Shown one piece after another: positions 11,853 to 23,221 of a stretch of 64,000 nucleotides of DNA. This DNA comes from Nageia nagi (taxonomy: Eukaryota > Plantae > Pinophyta), in NCBI GenBank assembly GCA_050084985.1, contig JBITNC010000002.1:19158001-19222000 (forward strand), given 5' to 3'. Under the pieces are notes generated by a model. That model saw only the letters and a list, made by a program, of their open reading frames with translations, did no database searches and was not told the DNA's origin. Every line of letters starts with the position of its first letter. The first letter of the stretch is position 1. A program made the position numbers and the translations under genes.

Positions 11853-14500
11853 TGATACAACAACAATTATCTCCAAATCTAGCGTATGAAATGAAAATTA
11901 AATGAATAACCACTAGGCTAAAATAGCATAAAATAGAATAATTTCACCTTAGTTTAGCTCCACGTCTATCATATAATATTGTAAGAGTAATTTATATTCA
12001 CTACACATCCAAAAATGGGAAATACAAACACATAAATGAAGGGAAAAAATTTTAGAGTGTTTTCACTTGGTATTTCTTGTGTAACTAATATAAATTTCCC
12101 AACTAAGTCGATCTAAATTGAACTAAACTACAATAAGTATGGTTCATGCATAATAAGGAAAAAATAATTTGTGAATTCCTATCCTTTACAACTAGAAAAG
12201 ATTTTGATCGCTACAAAATCAAATTAAGAAGAAGATTTGATAGCAACAAGATCAAATTAGGAGCATTAAATACTTAGCTACATGATAAGCACTTGAGGTG
12301 ATGGTTGTTGGAGGAGAGTGGTGGAATTCAATGAATCTGATCAAATCTAATTGGATTTAAAACATGCAAATAAGATGTTACCAAGTTGAAAAATCATACC
12401 AGTAAACATTACAATCTTTCATTCTTTCCCTTAATGTCAATAGTTTGTATATCAATTATGCCTCTAAGATAAAGAAATCAATCAATCACCAATGATTCAA
12501 TGAAGATGTTTGTAAGTTGATCTTTAATCTTGCATTTACTTGAAACTCAATAAATCCATCTTATACTAAATCTCCCATGAAATGATATCGAATGTTGATA
12601 TGCTTGCTCTCGATATTGGTGTTATCATAATGGATTTTAATAGACTAGGGAATCTCCATACTTAGATCTTCAAATAATCTTTCCATCCAAATGATTTTAA
12701 TGAAAGAAGAGGAGGCAATGATGTATTGTACTTTTGTACTAGATAGATAAATTTTTTGTTACTTGTTACTACTCTAAAAAACTTGCAATTTGCTAAATAA
12801 GTCATACCTAAATATGCTTTTTCAATCATCATCACTTCTTGCCTAATTTGCATCTGTGTATGCTACTAAATCTTCAAATTTTATAGCTTTATACCAAAGG
12901 CCAATTATTTTGGTACCGCTTACGTAGCAAAGAATTATGTTGATCATTTTCCAATAAGATTCATGTGGTGAATGCATAAATTAAGCTACTAGACTAACTA
13001 CAAACATGATATCAGATCACATAGCTATAAGATACATCAAACTAGTGATTAGCAACCTATATAGGGTTACATCAATAAGAGGAGAAGAATCCTCCATCAA
13101 TTTGCAACCAATTATGATTGGAGTAGTGGTTGGTTTGCATTCCTTCATGGTAAATCTAGTAAGCATGTCATCAATATACTTGGTCTGAGTGATGAAGATA
13201 TCATTGGATGACTAATGAACTTACATACCTAGAAAATATTATATTTCATCCAGATCATTCATTTCAAAGTCATTCATCATGGCAATCTTAAATTATTACA
13301 ACATGAAAGTGGGAGTGCTCATGAAGATGATATCGTAAATGCATATAAAGATGATGATAAAGTCAAACCCATTTACCTTTATGTACAATGTAGCTTCTAT
13401 TGAACACCTTTGATAATCGTGTTAGTGGAAATAGGTATTAGTTTGAGAGTACCATGCTCTCAATATTTGCTTGATCTTATAAAGAGCTTTCTTCATCTTA
13501 TACACTTTAACTTTATGTTAGCGATTATGAATCCTTGGGGTTGATTTGTGTACACTTCTTTCAAATTGATATTCAACAAGGTTGATTTTAACATCCATTT
13601 GGTAAACTATAAGGTCAAAATGGGATGCTAGAGCTAGTAGAGATCTAACGATTGAAGCAAATGTTTCCTCATAGTCTACGCCTTCTTGTTAAATGTAGCC
13701 TTTCACTACCAGGTGAGCTTTATGTTTGTCAATGTTATAATCAATATTGTACTTGAGCTTATAGATTCACCTGATGCTAATGATATTTTTATCTTTTTTT
13801 AGGAGTGACAAGCTCTCAAGAATCATTTCTCTAGATCTATTCTATCTCATATTGCATCGCTTGTCACCAATCTTCATTTGTTACTGTTTCTTTGAAGTTA
13901 CTTAGCTTGATAAATGAAGAGAACATCAAGGTGTAGTTGATCACACGATTAGCCCCCTTTATTGTTATTAGGTCACTCTTATGGATAAATTTTCATCCAA
14001 TATTTGCAAGTGTGGATGATCTCTAGCTACCCTTTTCTTATGTTTGTTACCAATGTGAGAAGGAGACGTCACTACAAGGATGTTGGGTTGTTGAGGTTGT
14101 AATGACATAACAAACTCATTGGAAGTGGAGACTTCTAACTCTAGAGTGATGGTTGGAATCTAACTCCTGGTATGCTCCACCTTCTTTGAAGATTACTCCT
14201 AACTAATGTACAACTTGGTATGGATTGGATCATAGCATCTATAAGCTTTGAACTTGTCATAATATTCAACAAAGATATATAAGCTTCTCATACCTGCTTC
14301 AAGGATCCATGCGTTCAATGACTCTATATTGTTTGAAGTGAAATGCCTAAATAGTCAATCTTGAATATAGGTAGTTGCCCAAAATTTACACTTTGAATTT
14401 TAGATCTATATCACAACCACTTAAAAAATTATTGCAATATATTCAATTTGTATCTTCGTTACATCTTCCAACCTTCAAAAGTATTTTTAACATGATATTC
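11853..14500 (-). mobile_element. Degenerate Ty1/copia element: RT, RNase H, PPT and probable 3' LTR (11853-12421)
   Basis: Minus strand gives KVYKMKKALYKIKQILRAWYSQ (~13450-13510, RVT_2) and KHINIRYHF (~12580-12610, RNase H end). Purine tract AAGGGAAAGAA adjoins a TGA...TCA-bounded segment. Confidence 0.8.
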
Positions 14501-14559
14501 AATATTATTCGAAATTATAAAATTGTTGTGAATATTTTCCCTTTAAGATATATATAAAA

Positions 14560-17500
14560 AAAAATTAGCGACGAGACTTGGTAAAGTTTCTTTTCAACTT
14601 TACCGTGAGGATGACCTCACCTCCGTGCTTTATACGGTAGATGATTTTCATATGCGTTTACACATTGGATCCACTAAAATGCCTTGCGTATGTTCGCCTA
14701 CACCGTGTTTTCCAACGGACGCGACACTCAAGTCATTATGCATCCATCTCAAACGTTGAATTCCACACCCCCACCGCCGCGTTTAATTGGACATGTGCTG
14801 CAACAACAACAATGCCAATTACAAGACGACAAATTGACGTGGCATGATATCCTAGAATTTCCTCGTCTTTTTCATTTTTCGGCGCCTAAAATTCCTCCAA
14901 TCCTGACCGCCCATATGTTCGTATTACATAGACACCTTGTAAAGATTCAATAACATGTGAGAAGGTCAATTAAATTCGCGCCGACCTTTGAAATGACTTG
15001 CACGGCGGATGCTGGTCAAAGGATTTATGTGTCACCATTTTCACCTGGCTCAATCAATGGCCAATTCAAAAGATCAAGCTCACCATGTCAGAAGTTCAAT
15101 GTACTCCATGAATCATTTCATTCTATGTCTGTGATATCTACTGATCTACTGAATAGTTGCGTGTAACGGTACCTATGCTTATCTGTTGCAGTATTCCTCT
15201 CAATTCAAGATCGCAATCCAATGGGTTGTCAAAAACAGTGTTTTGCCGTTTCGGGTGACTACGATGCCTTGGGATCTCTTTCTGGGGACAATTATATTTT
15301 AATGTTACCAATTCCATTATCATGAAATCCAGGATCCGAAGTCGAGATTATATGCTTTCGGGATTGCATAGTTTAGGATTAAAAGTCTTGTAATCAGTCA
15401 AAGTTTGCTTGGCAGAGCATAAATCCGGTATCATAATTGGAAAACGGTGACGTAAGGAACTGCTGGACCGTTGACATTTGTTCAATTAATCAAGCCCCAA
15501 TGTTCTCAGCAATACTGTGCCAGGCAACTTGCCAGCAGACTATTGGAATTCCACACCCGCATAGAACAAAATTGTACCAAATGTAGGAAAGCCTATAAAC
15601 ATTTTTAAGTTTTTTGGCTGCCTTTCCAAAGACAAAACATTTGCGCACTGTAGTGAAGACTGAATGCTTGCAAATTGCAATCACGGGTATTAAACAGTGG
15701 TGTGATGTACTTAAAGATGGATTCTTGTTGAATTACATTAGTTTCAGTAGTGCACTTAGAGATGAAAAATACATGAAATATATTTGGAGTTGAGACATAG
15801 TACACCAAGAAATAGTTATTATTCACTGCAGATAATTAGAATGTGAATGTAATAATGTGTTCTTGGTCCTCTAAAATTACAAAAATAGACATGTAAAATC
15901 TTTATTTACAAATATGGTTCTATCATTTTAAGTTACGACTTTATTCAGATTTCATTTAGATTGTTTGCTTGTTTGATACACTCTCTCATTTTCTTAAAAA
16001 GATTTTCAGCTTCCTTAAAAATCCTGTCTAATGATCTACAAAAATACATGTTATGTGAATTTAGGTTGATTATGCTTACTTTATTCTGAATGGAGCACTG
16101 TAAAAGATAAACATTCATAAAGAAGTTTATGCACAACGTTTTTGAGATAATCTTAACAATCTGAATGTAGTAACGAAATCATTTCTGTAAATAAAAAATT
16201 TATAGAACCATTGTTATAATTTTTGGATTTTTTATAACTATTTTTGTAATTTACCTAAATTATAAGGGACTATGATTTTATGGACGCATAGCAGAGCCAT
16301 GACTTGCCATGTTTCAAACTTTTCTTTTGGGTCGTTGACATATGCTCAATGATTTTCGCCAGCGGTGCTCAGAGTGTGGGATTCCATACACACGATCTCA
16401 AACAGTTTTATCCGACAGCTGGAAAGAACAAATATGGCACATTGTATTATTAAATACAAAAAGTAGGAAGCTCCGACACGCCAGAGGAAGCAATGCCATC
16501 CAAGTTTATGTGTATAAAACACGAGATAGAATGAAAAAATATGATTGCGCGTGCCTGACGGCTTTTACACTCTACCTGTTTATGTTTAATATTTTATTGT
16601 ATAGGCGAGAGAATGAATGAACTTGTCCTGCTAAAAATAGGCCATTCTTGTTGACCAACATGAAGCAGAGAATCTGCAATTTAATTTCATATTCACATAT
16701 AGGGGAGAGGATTCAGTAGTTGTGTATTTTAAGTTTTTTAAAATTTGATTTAATAAAGTTGAATTCTTTTTAAGTTGTATATTTAATTAATTTATTTAAT
16801 TTGATGATGATTAGAAATTTTAATTATAATTTGTAAGTAAATAATTAAAGGAGAAAAAACTTATAAAAACTTTAAAATGATTAAATTTTATTAAATTATA
16901 TTTTAGAAGGTAAGTTAAAGTGTAGAGTAATAAAATTAAAAGTATTACTTATGGTTAACTTATTAAAATAAAAATTTATAAAAATTGATAATTTTTTTTT
17001 AATGAGAAAGTCACCTCTTTGCAGTGAGAAAATGTCTCTTATTTTTTTAGAGTTTCAATTATCAATCTTCAACTTGTTTATTCGTCAATTCATTAAAAAA
17101 AAAAACACAACAATTGATAATTTAATGCATAACTAATAAACCAAATATATTCTATAATAATAACGCTGGAAGGTGCTAAGTACTGAATCCTCTCCCCTAT
17201 TTAGATGTCCTTGTGCAAGATGATACAGAGGTGAATTGTCTATACAAATTACTCTAATCCATCACTGTCCTCTTCTTCTACTCCCAATTAATTACCCTTT
17301 CTTTTCATCTTAAAGTTGACAACTCAGAAAATTAATTTTACGCGTACCATATTCCGACCTTAGGATCCTTGCGGTTGCGCTCACAATTTATTTCATACTT
17401 GAAGATTTACTAAAACTGGATAATAATGGGCTATGACTCTAGAGCATGCAGACCAGCCTGTCGGTGAATAGGCAAATCAATGAAGCCTATATTCATCAAG

Positions 17501-18347
17501 TTGTGGACTAGTCAACAGTTCCTCGAGCTTTAAGAACCAAATCCGAAATGTCTCCATCGGATCTAAAAAGGAGGACTTTTTCAAGTCCACTTAAACATCG
17601 ATAAGACTTGAATAATTGAGTTCCTTTTCAGTCCAACGTGGCACAACTTTGTTTCCACAGCATTCGTCTTGGCAGACGGAACTTCAAAATTTTCTCGTCT
17701 TTTTTCGACTTTTATGGGCGGAATTTGTTTTGATTGGGCCGCCTACTTCTGTTATAAATCACCTCGGTCCAAGATCCCGGCTATTCCTCATATGTGGGGT
17801 CGAACCCTTCATGTCAACAGTAAGACTCTGCAACTCAGTTTCGTTAACGACAACATATACTTTCCAATGCCACGATGGAGGACAATGCTTAACAAATTTA
17901 AAAAAAATCCTGGTGCACACTTCACATTAATATCAATTTCACATTCATTGCGAAGAAGAACAAAACCTGTTTCTGAAGTGACAAGATTCTACTCTTGGTA
18001 TGCTCCATTAATGCACTCCCACGAATTTCAGGACCTTACCCTTAAAGTCTGAAAGAACATTATTTGAATTCCTAAGTTGTTTGACAATTCTACGGCCTTG
18101 AATTCATAGAAAATGATTGAGGGCCCCTCTTAGAAGGTCGGGGGCCGGGGCAAAGTATCCGAATTCCAAAGACCGCAATTTTTTCTTGAATGATTGAGAT
18201 GGGATGGTATCGAATTTCACGTGACGAATGTCCTGACGTCCTTGGATATGGCTTTCCATCACCGAAGGCCGAGAATGGAATGGACCGCAGAGACGTGTGC
18301 ACGTCACTAACTTGAAACAGCAACCACGAATCTACGGTAATGCATTT
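14560..18347. promoter_or_regulatory. CpG-retaining non-coding island; candidate distal enhancer cluster of the MYB gene
   Basis: Abrupt rise in CG dinucleotides relative to the flanking TEs. No credible protein. Many TTGAC cores, CGCG boxes, GCCGAC (14980) and ACGT cores. Confidence 0.55.
16702..17197. mobile_element. MITE (non-autonomous TIR element, 496 bp)
   Basis: Perfect 20-bp inverted repeat ATAGGGGAGAGGATTCAGTA (16699-16718) / TACTGAATCCTCTCCCCTAT (17181-17200). TA flanks both GGGG...CCCC ends. Very AT-rich interior. Confidence 0.85.
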
Positions 18348-21300
18348 TGATTGGATAAGATGACGAGTTCTCTCACCGAATTTTATTATGGATGTTAGTT
18401 AATGAAATAACAGGTCATCTTGGCCATGAGATTGATTGAGCCCGATTTGTAAACGTAAGCATAATGAGATTTGATTGAAAAGTTGGAGTTGGTAATAAAT
18501 AGCATGTTATTATGTTTTGTATTATAGCAATGTTTTGTAGTAATGTCGTAGTATACAAGGGTTTATAATGGCATCATGAGATTTGATCACAAATTTTTTA
18601 TTGTTGGAATGCATTCAAATACCAAAATACCTAAAACCAGTGTTGGTAATGGATCACATTTTTTTATGTTTTGTATTATAACAATGTTTTATAATTATTT
18701 TGTTTTTATTTTTCTAGAATAAGTAAAAATTAAATTCATATATGCTTTTTAAAGGGTTTGGCCTTTCATTTGTCTTAGAAGACTCAAAATAATATCTTTT
18801 CTAAATTTTCAAAATTACCTAGCAAAAGCTTAAACTATAAAATTATCTTTCAATATGCCTTGTAAGCAAAAGCTTTAAACTATGAAATTATCCTCTAATA
18901 TGCTTTGCAAATAAAAGGTTATAGTAAAAATTTCAAGGTCACTATCTTCATCATTGAAAAACATTTCGTTCTTTCTCTGAGTTTGGACTATAGTTGATTG
19001 CCTTTTGATTTACTTTGGGATTTTTGCCTCTAGATCTTACGGAGGTTGCAACTCTTGAAATGCCTTTCTAGGACATCATATTTGTAGATGATAAAATGCA
19101 AACCTAATTGAATGGGAAAAGATGTTACTAAGATATATCTACTTATATTACGAGCATATTATGGAGCTTCTTGCATGAGATGCTTAACAGAACAAACACC
19201 TAATGTAGATTTGGAATGACAAGTATGATGATAATAACATAATTGAATGAAGTAACTTACCAAACCTACATGAGAAAAGAATGATAAGTACCCATGCATT
19301 TACTTGGGAGACCTTTGAGTAGTTATTTGAACTTGATTCGATATGAATGGACAATTAGGAATGTGGGTGTGAAGATCTAATGTATCTATGTTTGCAACGT
19401 TGGCACTGGGAAGGAATGCAACCTAGCATTGACGTTGGTAGTTATGTGAAGCCTAAGAAAACTTAATTCTGGATCCAACAACCAATAAACCAAGCCTCAA
19501 TGTATATTGTGAAGAAGTTGCAAATAACTTTGGAGTGTAACATAACAGATTTCAATTTCGATAGGTGGTATCTTATTAAGTTTTTATGAGAGATATGCAT
19601 GATCCTATTAAGATGAAATCTTGATTATCATCCCATGCATATGTTTATCTATTTATAGGCATAAGAGATTACCTAAAAGTATCGTTGTAGATTAGCATCG
19701 ATGCTCATAATCCCTTGCACAAAATAAAGATAAACATACAAAAGATATAGCTTAAGTGTTCCTTTATATATAATAATGCCTAACATAATGCTACATAGAT
19801 CATATATCCTAATGATCATATGACAACAATTTTGGTCCAAAAAAGGATGGCAAATTAGGAGTGAATAGTTATCCCCCTTTGCAAGTTTCAATGAAATGAA
19901 ATAAAATCATACTTGCAATGGAAAGAGAGAAGAAAAATAATACTTCCTTGAACTTGGTACAACTTTAAATCAATAATTTATTTGAATGTTTTTTCCCCTT
20001 CTTTTCATTGATTATATGGAAGTGTTGACTATTATGAATCAAGTGTAAAGAACCTATAAGAAAATAGAAATACCTTCCAAAGTTCATAGCAACATGTGGA
20101 ATATAAATCCTTAAAGCTTTCTGTTAGGATTTACATATTAAATAAAATAATCTCTTGAGAAAATAACTTTAATCAATAATAACAAAAAACTATTAACCAT
20201 CATACAAGAACAATAAAGCATGTAAAATCAAAGATAACAGAACATATAAAGAGGTTCACCCAATGTGGGCTACATCCCCAGAGAAACACTAGTCCTTTGT
20301 CTTATCATCAAAATAATACATGAGAGAATATTCTTGCAATACAAACAGTTGCAACTTCCTCTCTAAAATCCATCAACATTTCTTCATGAGTTTCTCTTAC
20401 ATATAATCACTACACAATGAACAACATGCAAAATAACTTTATATCTAACAAGCTCTACACGAGTATTAGATCTACAAGGCTTACATAAATAGGAATTCAC
20501 AATCTCATGCAACCACCAAATCTACAAGGCTAATAATAGCAATGGAAAAGATCTAATTCTAAGAATAGACTCGTACAAAACTTAGAAATGCTCAACTAGC
20601 ACTCCCAACCTCCCAAAATAGTCTTAACTAAGTATTTCAAGCTCCAAAGCCAACATTTTCACTATCCATTGATATGTCATTGATAAATAAACGTTAATGA
20701 AAGAAACTCTATTCTAGAACTTACTAACTTTCATCATCCATAGATATATCATTGATAAAAGGAACATAAATTAAAGAAACTATGCAAGGGTGTACTTTAT
20801 GCAATCGAAAGTACTAAAACAAAACCTTAAAATCTTCACATTAAACTTATCATTGCATATGCCCTTTTCCTTAGGTGCCATTAGGAATCTTAAAATCTCG
20901 AGATCATGTGAGTATGAGAACTTATGAACTTTTTGAAATCTTTCTTAATATATAAAAATTATAGAACATTTAAGATCATATGAGTATAAATGATATATTT
21001 TTAAAAAAATTATGAATTGTTTAAGGAAGATAATGTAGAAGAAAAATTTACCTATACTTACCTATTGGAGGAATCATGAAAATTGAAGTCTTTATGATGA
21101 GATGCCTTATGCACACTACCTTTGATGTTTACAACAGTATCAACGATAGTGAAAATGAGATATCTTTCTTTGATTTTTGAGAAATCAAATTGTATAAATT
21201 GAAATGATTTATTTTTATGGGACATTTTCTTGAAATTATTCTTTGAATGACCTACCTTAGCTTGGATGAAAAATTCTTTTTGAACCTCATTTATCACTTT

Positions 21301-22710
21301 TTTATTTTATTTTTAATAATCATTTTCTTGAAACCAAGGGCCTTATATAGCTTTGAAATAAATGCATAAAATGACATGTAACTATTCTGAAAAGGGTCAT
21401 TTTTAGAGTTTTATTTCAAGAGTGAAGATTATTGCCATTGATTTCCATGCTTGAAATTAGACATATCTATAAAATTTTGTTACTTGGATGTGCAAAAATA
21501 GGACCACCAATGGTCCATTCTGGTCATATTTGAACTTCTAGTGGTCCGTTTCATGTATCCATTTTCTTGGAATTTGAACCAACAAGAGATGTTCTCGAAG
21601 TTGAATTGATTTCTTCTTCCATTTATTCCTGAGGGTGCTTCATTTTAAGGTTAATATAGGTTTTATACAAGTTGTTGAAGGTGTTTTGATAGTTCTATGG
21701 TATTTTTGAAATATATATTTGATGAGTTAAAGATTTAAATTTGATTCAAGGAGGATTGCAAGTTGGAGGAGTTTTTGCTATTTTGTAATAGAGTATTCCA
21801 TATTCATAATAATTTGTAATTACCATTTGGTCCCCATAATAAAGAAGAGTTGTTAAACTAGATGTACTTCCACATTGGGAGGAACCAATGTAAATTTGAT
21901 TATGTTATTTTATGTGATTATTGATTTTGATGTTGTTAGTTATTTCCTTTCATATTCTTGTAATTACACCTTAAATTTCATCAATGAACTCTATAAAAAA
22001 AGGACCTCCAATAACACCTATTTTTAGACTGGCAACAACCCATTTTTTGCATGATTAGATTCTAAAATTTCAATTGGAAGTTTTGTATGTGATGAACTTT
22101 TGAATAGCATTTCTTATGAAGTTTTACATATCAAGTGGTATCAGAGAATTCAATAGTTCAAATTAGGAATTATGAATGTAGGTAGAAGATCTCAAGGAGT
22201 TGATTTGATTCCTCCTAATCCTAAGATTGGAAGAAGGTATAAAAATACCAATTCAATGGAAGACCAAGAAGGAAAATGAATAAGATAACCCATAATAGAT
22301 GTTGATTTGAGTTTCAAGTTTGAGAAGAGATTTCTAACAATGGAGACTAATATGGATAGGATCATAAAATTACTTCTAAGAAGTCAAACTAGGGAGGAAC
22401 CAAAAAGATATAAGTTTGATAGAATATCATATTATAATCTTGGGCCTTCTCATGCCACTACATCTTTTCCATTCAAAGTAGAGGCCAAGGTCAAAATCCC
22501 TACTTTTGGAGGAGAGGTAGATGCTAAAAAGCTTAGTAATTAGTTGAAGCAACTAGAGGTATATATTTTTAGGTTCAATGTGTCGATAATATTGTTCAAA
22601 AAATTTCATTTGTAAGATTCAAAATGGGAGATCATGCATTGATTTGGTGGGAAAATCATGTGGATTCCCTAAAGCATGAAAAATAACCATTTATCTCTTC
22701 TTACACAACA
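18348..22710 (+). mobile_element. CRM-like Ty3/gypsy element, copy A: long 5' LTR (18348-22133), tRNA-iMet PBS, truncated gag
   Basis: TGAT...ATCA termini; PBS TGGTATCAGAG at 22136-22146; gag KVKIPTFGGEVDAKKLSN*LKQLEVY...HALIWWE. Homologous to 23222-25357 and 39715-42495. Confidence 0.8.
20122..20655. mobile_element. Solo LTR (534 bp) nested in the copy A LTR
   Basis: TGTT...AACA termini; 5-bp TSD CTTTC/TTTTC. The paralogous site in copy B (~24625-24640, GATTTCACTATCC) is empty. Confidence 0.88.
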
Positions 22711-23221
22711 CAAATCAGGTTTAGCATCAAGGTAGGCATTAGAGCCCAATGTAATTTTTTTTAAAAAAATCCAAAATACTACCGCTATGACACCAATGTA
22801 TAAATCAATATTAGCATCATCAAAAATATTATATGGCATCATATTTTTCATCATATTGCATCACACTTCATCATAATGGGCTTCATAAAAATACATTTTG
22901 CATAAATTATAACATAATTGGGCATCAAGTATTATGTCACTGGTGTTAGGTATTGTGTCAAAAAATGTAAAATTTTTGAAAAAAATTTATATTTAATTAT
23001 TTTGTGCATATCCTACAATCATTTTAATCCATAAAATTCAATTTTAAAGAGTATTTGATGTATCTATAAACCCTATTGCAAATATCCCAATGTGGTGCAT
23101 GCTTTGAGGATGTTGGAAAAGGTGAATTGATTTGGTTAGACTAGTGTTGTTGTTTGTTACATTTGGTGAAAGAAAATCCAATTTTAAATAGTATTTACCA
23201 ATTTATTTCATGCTTTAAGGA

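Noticed and set aside
14641-18323. Short ORFs in the CpG island (e.g. 17669-18052, 127 aa)
   Set aside because: No domain similarity, several non-ATG starts, overlapping frames; expected from the higher GC content.
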